Source: Acutalibacteraceae bacterium
GTDB lineage: Bacteria > Bacillota > Clostridia > Oscillospirales > Acutalibacteraceae
Direction of reading: 5' to 3'
DNA length: 64,000 nucleotides
NCBI GenBank assembly: GCA_045544175.1
Contig: JAZPYL010000064.1
Span: 57,332 to 121,331, forward strand
Of this stretch, positions 40,161 to 49,187 are shown in pieces; positions within the stretch are counted from its first letter, which is position 1, and each line of letters opens with the position of its first letter. A program made the position numbers and the translations under genes. Under the pieces are notes generated by a model, which ran no database searches, was not told where the DNA came from, and was given only the letters and a program-made list of their open reading frames with translations.

Positions 40161-42417
40161 ATTCAAATCCGTCAAAGGTCATATTATTTTTCTTCATTAC
40201 ATCTTCATTGCTGATTACAGCACCGGCTGAGGGAAGATTCTTTGATTTGTATCTTGACGGTTTTACAAACTCTCCCTGCACATAGTCACGTACAAGAGAA
40301 AGCTTATGATTTTTCTTAAGTGTGATACAAGCGACACCCTGAGTATCCTTCATAGCCTTCGGAGCAATAACAGATGTATCAATGAGAAGGCATCTTCCGC
40401 CCGTAGTTTCAAGGACAATCTCCTTGTCATCGGGAAGATACATAAGTGTAACAAGGGGTGATTTATCGCTGTAAGCCTTGATAAGCTTCTTTCTGTTGGT
40501 CTTTGTTGCGTAGGATGAAAGGTTTACCTTTGCAGTTTTACCGTTATCAAAGAAGAACATCATATAACCCTTATAGCTGTTTGTAACAACCATAAATATT
40601 GCGTTCTCCCCTTCGTCCATTTCAAGCTTTGACGGGATATATTCACCGAGAACACTTGCCTTTGAATCAGCGAAATCATTCACCTTCGCCTTATAAACCT
40701 GACACTTATCAGTGAAGAACAGAAGGTCATTGTTGTTAGTGGTTTCAAAGCTCTGGAAAATCTCATCATTTTCCTTGAGTTTGTGTTCACCGCCCATTCT
40801 TAGTGAAAGCGGAGTAATCTTCTTAAAGTAGCCGCCCTTTGTAAAGAAGAGATTTACCGCATAATCGGGAATTTCTTCCACATCGTCATCCTCATCACTT
40901 TCAGCAACATAATAAAGGTCTGTCTTTCTCTCCTGAGCATACTTTTTGATTACATCGCCCAGCTCACCGATAATAATCTTCTTTATTTTAGCCTTTGATT
41001 CAAGAATTTCTTTCATATCCTTGATTGTAGCTTCAAGGTTTTCGATATCCTTAAGACGCTTGATAATATATTCGCGGTTAAGATGACGGAGCTTGATTTC
41101 AGCAACATATTCAGCCTGAATTTCATCGATTCCGAAGCCGATCATAAGGTTAGGTACAACCTCAGACTCTTCCTCGGTCTTACGGATAATTGCTATTGCC
41201 TTATCAATATCAAGAAGAATTTTTTCAAGACCTCTTAAAAGATGAAGCTTTGATTCAGCCTTATTTAAGTCAAATATAACTCTTCTTCTTACACACCTGC
41301 CTCTGAATCTTATCCATTCAATAAGAATGTCCTTTACACCCATAACTCTCGGGTAGCCGTCAACAAGAACATTAAAATTACAGGAGAAGGAATCTTCAAG
41401 AGGAGTGAGCTTATAAAGCTTCTGCATAAGCTTGTCCGGATCAGTGCCACGCTTAAGGTCAATAGTAATCTTAAGACCGTTCTTATCGGTTTCGTCACGG
41501 ACATCGGTAATTTCTCTTATAGATCCTGCTTTGACTCTTTCGATAATTTTATCAATTATTGCTTCAGCAGTAGTTGTCGGAGGAATTTCCTTAATATCAA
41601 TGCAGTTAAAGCTCTTGTCATAGCTGTACTTAGCTCTTACCTTGATACCGCCTCTGCCTGTACGGTAAACCTCTTCCATTTCTTCACGGTTGTAAACAAT
41701 AGTACCGCCGCCGACAAAATCAGGTGCAGGCATAGTTTCAATGCAGTTATGGTCAAGATTTTTAATAAGCTCGATAGTAGTTTCGCAAAGCTCCTTAAGA
41801 TTAAAAGAGCATATTGATGAAGCCATACCGACAGCAATACCTAAGTTTACATTGGCAAGAATTGACGGGAAGGTTACGGGAAGAAGCACAGGCTCCTTCA
41901 TTGTACTGTCGTAGTTATCAACGAAATCTACCGTATCCTTGTCAATCTCCCCAAAAAGCTCGTTACAAACCTTTTCAAGCTTAGCTTCAGTATAACGGGG
42001 AGCTGCATAGTGCATATCTCTTGAATAAGCCTTACCGAAGTTACCCTTTGAATCAACAAATGGATTAAGAAGAGCCTCATTGCCTCTCGAAAGACGGACC
42101 ATTGTTTCGTAAATAGCCGCATCACCGTGAGGGTTAAGGCGCATTGTCTGACCAACAATATTGGCAGACTTGGTTCTCCCTGAGCCTAAAAGTCCCATCT
42201 TATACATAGTGTATAAAAGCTTACGGTGTGAGGGCTTGAAGCCGTCAATTTCAGGGATAGCTCTGGAAAGAATAACGCTCATCGCATAAGGCATATAGTT
42301 GATTTCAAGAGTATCGGTAATATGCTGCTCTATCATTTCACCCGCATTGGCAATATGAGTGTTTTTGAGAAGCTCAGCACCGTTGTCTTCTTTTTTAGTT
42401 ATCTTTTTTCGTGCCAT
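40159..42417 (-). CDS. parC: Type IIA topoisomerase subunit A (ParC / topo IV-like)
   Basis: 752 aa, active-site AAPRYTE, RLNPHGD. I found no GyrA-box QRRGGKG in the C-terminal domain. Confidence 0.7.
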   Translation of the reverse strand: MARKKITKKEDNGAELLKNTHIANAGEMIEQHITDTLEINYMPYAMSVILSRAIPEIDGFKPSHRKLLYTMYKMGLLGSGRTKSANIVGQTMRLNPHGDAAIYETMVRLSRGNEALLNPFVDSKGNFGKAYSRDMHYAAPRYTEAKLEKVCNELFGEIDKDTVDFVDNYDSTMKEPVLLPVTFPSILANVNLGIAVGMASSICSFNLKELCETTIELIKNLDHNCIETMPAPDFVGGGTIVYNREEMEEVYRTGRGGIKVRAKYSYDKSFNCIDIKEIPPTTTAEAIIDKIIERVKAGSIREITDVRDETDKNGLKITIDLKRGTDPDKLMQKLYKLTPLEDSFSCNFNVLVDGYPRVMGVKDILIEWIRFRGRCVRRRVIFDLNKAESKLHLLRGLEKILLDIDKAIAIIRKTEEESEVVPNLMIGFGIDEIQAEYVAEIKLRHLNREYIIKRLKDIENLEATIKDMKEILESKAKIKKIIIGELGDVIKKYAQERKTDLYYVAESDEDDDVEEIPDYAVNLFFTKGGYFKKITPLSLRMGGEHKLKENDEIFQSFETTNNNDLLFFTDKCQVYKAKVNDFADSKASVLGEYIPSKLEMDEGENAIFMVVTNSYKGYMMFFFDNGKTAKVNLSSYATKTNRKKLIKAYSDKSPLVTLMYLPDDKEIVLETTGGRCLLIDTSVIAPKAMKDTQGVACITLKKNHKLSLVRDYVQGEFVKPSRYKSKNLPSAGAVISNEDVMKKNNMTFDGFE

Positions 42418-42433
42418 TTCTTTACCTCACTAA

Positions 42434-44413
42434 TCAGCTGACATCTGTCATATCAATGTATAAGTGTCCGTAATTTGCAATATAGTCTTTTCTGCCGGAA
42501 AGATTATCACCTAAAAGAAGGTCAAATTTTTCTGCAGTAAGCTGTGCATCAGCAGGGTCAATCTTGATAAGTCTTCTCGTTGCAGGATTCATAGTGGTAA
42601 GATTCATCATATCTGCATCGTTTTCACCAAGACCCTTTGAACGCTGTACAGAGTATTTAGCCTTGCCGATTTCCTCAATTGCATCAGCCTTTTCTTTTTC
42701 TGTATAAGCAAACCAGGTCTGATTTCCGCTTGTAATTTCATAAAGCGGCGATTCAGCAATAAAGACCTTGCCCTCTTTAATCAGAGTCGGAATAAGCCTG
42801 TAAATCATTGTAAGAATAAGGGTTCTGATCTGATATCCGTCAACATCAGCATCGGTACAGATAATAATTTTACTCCAGCGAAGATTGTCAAGATTGAAGG
42901 TAGACATATTTTTCATCGCCTTTGAGTTTACCTCAACGCCGCAGCCCAAAACCTTAAGCAAGTCAGTAATAATTTCGCTTTTGAAAATTTTATCGTATTC
43001 TGACTTAAGGCAGTTAAGAATCTTGCCTCGTACGGGGATAATTGCCTGAAATTCTGAGTCTCTCGCCTGCTTACATGCGCCGAGAGCAGAGTCACCTTCC
43101 ACTATAAACAGCTCACGCTTGTCTATGTCCTTACTTCTGCAGTCAACGAATTTCTGCACACGGTTAGCCATATCATTTGAAGAAGCAAGAGTCTTTTTGA
43201 TATTGATTCGTGCTGCTTCAGCTTTGACACGACTTCGCATATTAATAAGCACCTGATCGGCAATTTTATCTGCTTCCATCTTGTTTTCGATGAAATATAT
43301 CTCCATCTGATGACGAAGAAATTCAGTCATTGTTTCCTGAATAAACTTATTGGTTATAGCCTTCTTTGTCTGGTTGAGATATGATGTCTCTGTTGAAAAA
43401 GACGATGACACAAGCACAAGACAGTCGGCAATATCCTGAAATTTGATTTTACTGTCGCTCTTTGTATATTTGCCCGTCTGCTTGAGATAAGCATCTATCT
43501 GCGCTACAAGTGCATTGGTAACAGCCTTATCAGGTGAACCGCCGAATTCAAGAAAGCTTGAGTTATGATAATATTCGATAAGCTGCTTTTTATTTGAGAA
43601 AGTAAGAGCAACATTGAGCTTTACCTTATATTCGGGCAAATCTTCTCTGTCCTTACCGCTTCTGTCTGCCTGCCAGAACTGAACGGAAGATATTGTATCT
43701 TCACCTGCTATCTCCTTAACATAATCGCTTATGCCGTTTTCGTAATAGTAGGTAAAGGTTTCAAAGCCGCCCTTAATCTGATTTTTAAGCTCAAAGCGGA
43801 CCTTTGGGTTGACAATAGCCTGTCTCTGCATTACCTGCTGATAATATTCGAGAGTGACATCAATGTCAGTGAAAACCTCTGTATCGGGCTTCCATTTGAT
43901 TCTTGTACCCGTATCCTTTTTAGAATAAGGCTCACTTACAAGTCCGCCGATATTGTTACCCTTCTCAAAGTGCAGAGTATGTCTTTCACCTGCACTCTTG
44001 ATTTCTGCGTCCATATATTCACTTGCAAACTGCGTAGCACAAAGGCCAAGGCCGTTAAGACCGAGAGAATACTCATAGCTGCCGCCTGAATTGGTCTTGT
44101 ACTTACCGCCCGCATAAAGCTCACAGAAGACAAGCTCCCAGTTATAACGGTCATATTTTTCGTTATAACCTACGGGAATGCCTCGACCGAAGTCCTGAAC
44201 CTCAACAGAGCCGTCACTGAATCTTGTGACTATAATTTTATCGCCGTGACCTTCTCTCGCTTCGTCGATAGAGTTAGAGAGAATTTCAAAAATTGAATGC
44301 TCACAGCCGGCAATACCGTTAGAACCGAAAATAACCGCAGGTCTTTTTCTGACTCTGTCGGCACCTTCCAGCATAAGAATATCGTCATTTGAATATTCGG
44401 ATTTTTTAGCCAT
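42434..44413 (-). CDS. parE: Type IIA topoisomerase subunit B (ParE / topo IV-like)
   Basis: 659 aa, GHKL ATPase N-terminus, Toprim EGDSA, PL(R/K)GK-type motif IPVRGKILN. Confidence 0.7.
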   Translation of the reverse strand: MAKKSEYSNDDILMLEGADRVRKRPAVIFGSNGIAGCEHSIFEILSNSIDEAREGHGDKIIVTRFSDGSVEVQDFGRGIPVGYNEKYDRYNWELVFCELYAGGKYKTNSGGSYEYSLGLNGLGLCATQFASEYMDAEIKSAGERHTLHFEKGNNIGGLVSEPYSKKDTGTRIKWKPDTEVFTDIDVTLEYYQQVMQRQAIVNPKVRFELKNQIKGGFETFTYYYENGISDYVKEIAGEDTISSVQFWQADRSGKDREDLPEYKVKLNVALTFSNKKQLIEYYHNSSFLEFGGSPDKAVTNALVAQIDAYLKQTGKYTKSDSKIKFQDIADCLVLVSSSFSTETSYLNQTKKAITNKFIQETMTEFLRHQMEIYFIENKMEADKIADQVLINMRSRVKAEAARINIKKTLASSNDMANRVQKFVDCRSKDIDKRELFIVEGDSALGACKQARDSEFQAIIPVRGKILNCLKSEYDKIFKSEIITDLLKVLGCGVEVNSKAMKNMSTFNLDNLRWSKIIICTDADVDGYQIRTLILTMIYRLIPTLIKEGKVFIAESPLYEITSGNQTWFAYTEKEKADAIEEIGKAKYSVQRSKGLGENDADMMNLTTMNPATRRLIKIDPADAQLTAEKFDLLLGDNLSGRKDYIANYGHLYIDMTDVS

Positions 44414-44528
44414 CGTTTATCTGAATCCTTTCATCTGAAATACAGAATTATCCACTAAATATTGTACTGATTTCCTTATTTTAACACAACAGTTATACTT
44501 TACACTATTTTGCAAAAAAAATCAAGTA

Positions 44529-44774
44529 TTATTCTTTTCTTGCCTCAACAAACCACTTGCCTTCATCTTCAAAAAGGTAGGTTGTTTTGTTGCCTACAGA
44601 GATAGTATAGCGAATTCCTGTGCCTCCGACCTTACTTGCGTAAGCACGTTGCACGTTAATTATCTTATCAATTTCATACTTGCGTCCGTTCTCCCATATA
44701 ACCGTAAGAGGCGTAACAAAGCCGTCGCTGCCTATTTTGGCAACAACGTCAACATAAACCTTTTTACTTTCCAA
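44529..44774 (-). CDS. 81-aa conserved-looking hypothetical protein, translationally coupled to the Y-family polymerase
   Basis: TTG start 10 nt after the polymerase TAG, preceded by GGTGAG. Predicted all-beta (VYVDVVAKIG..VTPLTVIWENGRKYEI..RYTISVGNKTTYLFEDEGKWFVE). Confidence 0.6.
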   Translation of the reverse strand: MESKKVYVDVVAKIGSDGFVTPLTVIWENGRKYEIDKIINVQRAYASKVGGTGIRYTISVGNKTTYLFEDEGKWFVEARKE

Positions 44775-44784
44775 GAATACTCAC

Positions 44785-46026
44785 CTACCGATACATTCTC
44801 ATAGGAAGCGGTACTTTATCCTTATTATGACCGGGAATTTTATTTTCAGTTAAAAGGCAGCAATTAATAACTGCATTTTCGCCGAAACGTCTTCTGAGAT
44901 CCATTACCGCATCATCAATTATTTTCTGTTTTTCGTGCTTTTTATAGTCAGCATAAAAGCTCATCTGCACCGGTTCATTATCGTTTCTCAGATTAATTGC
45001 CCTGACACTGACGGCTCTTACATCGTAATTCCAGTTATAATTCTTGCTGAAAAGGTCAATCGCCGTCTGTGCAATCTCAGTGGCAGACTGAGTGAGAAAT
45101 GGCATTTCACATTGAAATTGCCTTGTAAGAAGCTTATTATCCTTTACGGCGATTTGTACTCCCGATGCAGCTAAACTGGCTTCTCTGAGCCTTTTTGACA
45201 CATTCTGACTAAGAGAAAGGAAAACCTTCCATACCTCGTTGACATCAACCAAATCAGCTGTACAAGTAATACCGTGTCCTATACTTTTTATCGGTGCAGA
45301 ATATCCGTCAGGCATTACCCTTGAAGAATCCAGACCGTTAGCAAAGGTCCATATTTCATTCCCCTGAACACCCAGAATCTTTTCGAGCCACTGAACAGAT
45401 GAATTTGCAATATCTCCTATCGTTTTTATGCCGTAAGATGAAAGCTTTTTTGCCGTCTTTCTGCCGACGCCCATCATAGCACCTGCAGGTAAAGTCCATA
45501 CCTTTTCTTTGTAATCCTCTTTTGTAATTTTATACACTCCGTCATTTTCTGCAAGGTCACTGCCAAGCTTTGCAAAAATTTTGTTATAAGAAACACCTAC
45601 GGAAACCGTAAGTCCCAGCTCATTTTTAAAGCTCTCTTTTATTTCATCGATTATCTTATCTGCCGAACCGAAAAGCATTATACTCCCTGTAATGTCACAC
45701 CAGGCCTCATCAAGTCCCATGGGCTCGATTTTATCCGTATATCTTGCATATATTTCATGGGCAAGACGAAAATATTTGATGTATCGGTCAAAATGAGGTC
45801 TTACGACAATTAAATCAGGGCACTTCTGCTTCGCCTGCCATATAGGCTCACCTGTAGTTACGCCGTAAACCTTAGCCTCGGCAGTTTTTGCTAAAATTAT
45901 ACCGTGCCTTTCTTCAACAGAGCCGCCCACAGCTACAGGTTTACCTTTGAGTTCAGGATTCAGGCTGCACTCAATTGACGCATAACAGGAATTCATATCA
46001 GAATGTATTATTACTCTTTCCATCAT
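44785..46026 (-). CDS. Y-family DNA polymerase (DinB/UmuC-like translesion polymerase)
   Basis: IIHSDMNSCYASIE and LDEAW(C)DIT catalytic motifs. Start set to ATG 46026 (MMERV), 6 nt after GAGG, because the track start at 46050 lies in the LexA box. Confidence 0.88.
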   Translation of the reverse strand: MMERVIIHSDMNSCYASIECSLNPELKGKPVAVGGSVEERHGIILAKTAEAKVYGVTTGEPIWQAKQKCPDLIVVRPHFDRYIKYFRLAHEIYARYTDKIEPMGLDEAWCDITGSIMLFGSADKIIDEIKESFKNELGLTVSVGVSYNKIFAKLGSDLAENDGVYKITKEDYKEKVWTLPAGAMMGVGRKTAKKLSSYGIKTIGDIANSSVQWLEKILGVQGNEIWTFANGLDSSRVMPDGYSAPIKSIGHGITCTADLVDVNEVWKVFLSLSQNVSKRLREASLAASGVQIAVKDNKLLTRQFQCEMPFLTQSATEIAQTAIDLFSKNYNWNYDVRAVSVRAINLRNDNEPVQMSFYADYKKHEKQKIIDDAVMDLRRRFGENAVINCCLLTENKIPGHNKDKVPLPMRMYR

Positions 46027-46043
46027 TTGAAGCCTCACAAAAA

Positions 46044-46057
46044 AGAACATTTGTTCG
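46044..46057 (-). promoter_or_regulatory. LexA (Cheo/SOS) box upstream of the Y-family polymerase
   Basis: aGAACatttGTTCg is a perfect GAAC-N4-GTTC core, placed right after the -10 of the minus-strand promoter. Confidence 0.75.
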
Positions 46058-46062
46058 ATATA

Positions 46063-46091
46063 ATTATACTACCTTCTTTTACATTTGTCAA
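46063..46091 (-). promoter_or_regulatory. Sigma-A type promoter of the polymerase operon
   Basis: On the minus strand: TTGACA (46091-46086), 17 nt, TATAAT (46068-46063). Confidence 0.65.
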
Positions 46092-46127
46092 CATAAAAAG
46101 AGACAGAAAAAATCTGTCTCTGAGTTA

Positions 46128-47606
46128 TTATAAAATTATACAGATAAGACCGCTGCAACCTTCATTGATTACTCTTTCAAGAGTTTCCTGTAATTTCATT
46201 CTTGCATCAGTGGGCATTTTGTAAAGCTTATTATGAAGTCCCTCATTGACAAGACTGTCAAGGGTTTTACCGAATATATTTGACTGCCATATCTTTGACG
46301 GATCTTCCTCGAACTCTTTAAGAAGATACATAATAAGCTCTTCAGACTGACTTTCCGTACCTACAATTGGTGCAACCTCTGTATTTATATTGGCTTTAAG
46401 CATATGAATTGACGGAGCAGAGGCCTTAAGCCGAACGCCGTATCTCCCGCCCTGCTTCATAATCTCAGGATCTTCAAGCGTCAGCTCATTCATCGTCGGC
46501 ATCACAATTCCGTAACCTGTAGCCTCAACCTCTTCAAGAGCTGTCTGAAATCTCGCAAATTCCTTCTTTACCTGCGAAAGCTCAAGAAGAGAATTCATAA
46601 GCTGCTGTTCGTTATTAATTTCCACACCTGTTTTTTCAGTGATAACCTTGTAGAATAAATCCGGTGAAATTGTCACATTTACTTTCACCGAACCTGTCGA
46701 AAGCTCAATACCGCCAAGCTCACACCTATCGATATTATCCGCCTTTGAGACTTCGCCCTCAAACATTTTTGCATCCTTTACTTTTTTCAGTTCAGCCGCT
46801 GCAGAATAAATAGCTGAATAAATATTTTTTCTTATTGGATGCTCTCTTTCAAGACCTGTTATCCAGCGTGGAAAATCAATAAGCATTTCTTTAATCGGAA
46901 ATTCATATAAAAGCTCAGTTAAAATACCGCTAATCTGAGATGATGTCATTTCAAGACAGTTTACAGGAATAACACTGACGCTGTATTTTTCGCTCAATTT
47001 TTCTGCAAGAGACCTGCAACCTGCTGAATCAGGGTTTCGGCTGTTAAGCACAACAACAAAAGGCTTTTCTATTTCCTTGAGTTCATTTATAACTCTTTCT
47101 TCGGCTTTTTCATATTCTTCTCTCGGAATATCACTGATTGTGCCGTCGGTTGTAATAACAAGGCCGATTGTTGAATGTTCGGTAATAACCTTATTTGTGC
47201 CGACCTCAGCAGCCATATTAAAGGGTATCTCTTCTTCGTACCACGGTGTTTTAACCATTCTCGGTTGCTCATTTTCTATGTAGCCCAGTGATGACGGTAC
47301 AACATAACCGACACAGTCGATCATTCTCACTTTAAATTCCATCGAACCGTCAATTTTAACCTCAGCCGCCTCCTCGGGGATAAATTTCGGTTCAGTTGTC
47401 ATTATTGTCCTTCCTGACGAGGATTGCGGAAGCTCATCCATAGCTCTTTCTCTTTTGGCTGAATCCTCAATATTCGGCAGAACAAATTCATCCATAAAGC
47501 CTTTTATAAACGTAGATTTGCCTGTGCGTACAGGTCCTACTACACCAATATAAATATCTCCGCCCGTTCTTTTTGCAATGGAATCATATATGCTTGTGTT
47601 TGTCAT
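46128..47606 (-). CDS. spoIVA: Stage IV sporulation protein A (spore coat morphogenetic ATPase)
   Basis: IAKRTGGDIYIGVVGPVRTGKSTFIK matches the SpoIVA N-terminus and Walker A. ATG 47606 is preferred over the track TTG 47612 on RBS (AAGAGGA) spacing. Confidence 0.92.
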   Translation of the reverse strand: MTNTSIYDSIAKRTGGDIYIGVVGPVRTGKSTFIKGFMDEFVLPNIEDSAKRERAMDELPQSSSGRTIMTTEPKFIPEEAAEVKIDGSMEFKVRMIDCVGYVVPSSLGYIENEQPRMVKTPWYEEEIPFNMAAEVGTNKVITEHSTIGLVITTDGTISDIPREEYEKAEERVINELKEIEKPFVVVLNSRNPDSAGCRSLAEKLSEKYSVSVIPVNCLEMTSSQISGILTELLYEFPIKEMLIDFPRWITGLEREHPIRKNIYSAIYSAAAELKKVKDAKMFEGEVSKADNIDRCELGGIELSTGSVKVNVTISPDLFYKVITEKTGVEINNEQQLMNSLLELSQVKKEFARFQTALEEVEATGYGIVMPTMNELTLEDPEIMKQGGRYGVRLKASAPSIHMLKANINTEVAPIVGTESQSEELIMYLLKEFEEDPSKIWQSNIFGKTLDSLVNEGLHNKLYKMPTDARMKLQETLERVINEGCSGLICIIL

Positions 47607-47640
47607 CTGCAAATCCTCTTTTCAATCAATCTTCATTGAA

Positions 47641-47670
47641 ATTCTATGCAGACAAACATCTTTATATGTC
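47641..47670 (-). promoter_or_regulatory. Sigma-E-like sporulation promoter upstream of spoIVA
   Basis: Minus strand reads acATATA-14 nt-CATAGAAT, against the Bacillus sigma-E pattern kmATATT/CATACAhT as I recall it. spoIVA is sigma-E dependent in B. subtilis. Confidence 0.4.
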
Positions 47671-47702
47671 AAAAAAATATACCCTCCTGCAACGAGGAGG
47701 GT
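47671..47702 (-). terminator. Intrinsic terminator after the Zn-ribbon gene 47721-48272
   Basis: ACCCTCCT/AGGAGGGT stem, then T-run on the minus strand. Confidence 0.75.
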
Positions 47703-47720
47703 AAAAAATACAATTTAAAA

Positions 47721-48272
47721 TCAAAGCATAAAGCTCTTTACAAAAACAAGGCAAACAATAACCATAAAAATGCAAAGACCAATCATAATTGTATTGAGAA
47801 GAGTGGTAGCCTTATTTTCATATCCTGCCTTCTTGGCATTGTTATGCCATATCCAAGGAATGAACTGTAAAATAAATGTAGCTGAGAAAAGAGCTGCAAA
47901 GAAAAGTAATGCCTTTGAAACTGCACTTGCATCCTTAGGTGCTCTTGTTTTAACAATCTGTGCGGGAGCTACCTGCTGAATAATTGCCTGCTGTGCGTAA
48001 ACAGGAGCAGACTGAGCATAAATAGGTGCTGACTGTGTATAATAAGGGGCAACATCATCATATACAGGTGCTTCAGGTGCTGCGGGTGCTGTAGCTTCAA
48101 CTGCAACAGCAGCTTCGGGAGCAGTCTCTTCTTCAATTGCCTGTGAAAAAACATCGTTATTTTCCGCTTTTTCTGCCTTTACTTCTGCTTCCTCTGCAGG
48201 ATTCTTCTGACCGCAGATAAAACAGAAATCTGAATTATCGTCAATTACATTGCCGCAAAATTTACAAATCAT
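47721..48272 (-). CDS. Zinc-ribbon membrane protein with A/P/Q-rich linker, unknown function
   Basis: 183 aa. N-terminal CKFCG-x12-CFICG, a repeat-like SAPIYAQSAPVYAQQ, two C-terminal hydrophobic helices. Confidence 0.55.
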   Translation of the reverse strand: MICKFCGNVIDDNSDFCFICGQKNPAEEAEVKAEKAENNDVFSQAIEEETAPEAAVAVEATAPAAPEAPVYDDVAPYYTQSAPIYAQSAPVYAQQAIIQQVAPAQIVKTRAPKDASAVSKALLFFAALFSATFILQFIPWIWHNNAKKAGYENKATTLLNTIMIGLCIFMVIVCLVFVKSFML

Positions 48273-48433
48273 AATTAGTCCTCCTAAACATTTATAAACA
48301 GATTATAACACTAATTTTTTATATTTACAAGGGTTTAATCAAACAATTTCACCATATTTTTTATCTTTTATACATATTTTAATAGGTTTTTCAGAAAAAT
48401 ATTACCAATGCTCTGAACTTAAAGGAAAAAAGT

Positions 48434-48784
48434 ATGATGAAGCTTTCTGAAACAATTTACGGAATTACTGTAGGTATCGTTAACTCTCTTCTCGGTGCAG
48501 GTGGAGGTATGATATCTGTGCCTGCAATGAAAAAAATCGGTCTTTCGCAGAAGAAGGCGCAAGCAACAACCCTCGCCGTAATTTTGCCGCTTACAATAAT
48601 AAGTGCAATAATATATCTTTTAAACGGCGAATTCTCTATATCTGATGCACTCAGATATATACCCTTCGGCTTTATCGGCTCTCTTCTCGGCGTACGTCTT
48701 ATGGAAAAAGCCGACAGTAAAATACTTAAGAAAATATTTGCTCTTTTTATGTTATGGGCAGGCATAAGAATAATTCTGAGGTGA
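48434..48784 (+). CDS. TauE/SafE-family anion exporter, N-terminal half-size (4-TM) protein
   Basis: 116 aa, LLGAGGGMISVPAM motif, four hydrophobic segments. Confidence 0.65.
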   Translation: MMKLSETIYGITVGIVNSLLGAGGGMISVPAMKKIGLSQKKAQATTLAVILPLTIISAIIYLLNGEFSISDALRYIPFGFIGSLLGVRLMEKADSKILKKIFALFMLWAGIRIILR

Positions 48785-48790
48785 TTTTTA

Positions 48791-49164
48791 TGGATATAAT
48801 AACAGCAGTTGCTTCATTTGTTTCCGGTTTTCTGTGTTCTATGGGCTTCGGCGGTGGTTCCGTTCTGATAATTTATCTGACTTCATATCTCAACACTCCT
48901 CAGAAGGAAGCTCAGGGAATCAACCTTATATTTTTTATACCCGCTGCCATATATTCAGTTATAAAATACAACAAAGATAATCTGATTGATAAAAAAGTTG
49001 CAAAACCGTTTATCATTTGGGGGCTGGTCGGTGTAGGTATAGGCTATATGATTATCAATATAGTAACAGCGGATTATTTAGGAAAAATTTTTGGCGGCTT
49101 ATTGATTTTAATGGGATTAAAAGACTTATTTTTAAGAAAAAAATCAGAGAACACTGCAAACTGA
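48791..49164 (+). CDS. TauE/SafE-family anion exporter, second half-size (4-TM) protein
   Basis: Starts at ATG 48791 (MDIITAV), 7 nt after the stop of the first half. RBS GAGGTGA lies inside the upstream gene end. Motif MGFGGGSVLIIY. Confidence 0.65.
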
Positions 49165-49187
49165 CTGCAAATGTTCTCTGTATTATT

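Noticed and set aside
40159-44413. Calling the topoisomerase pair gyrase (gyrB/gyrA)
   Set aside because: The A subunit is short (752 aa), I could not find a GyrA-box in its C-terminal domain, and the locus is not next to dnaA/dnaN/recF. I call it topo IV-like instead, with moderate confidence. A phylogeny is needed.
46027-46050. Track start (46050) of the Y-family polymerase, MFFFVRLQ extension
   Set aside because: The extension overlaps the LexA box and the region around the transcription start. ATG 46026 has a GAGG RBS and gives the canonical MERVIIHSDMNSCYASIE N-terminus.
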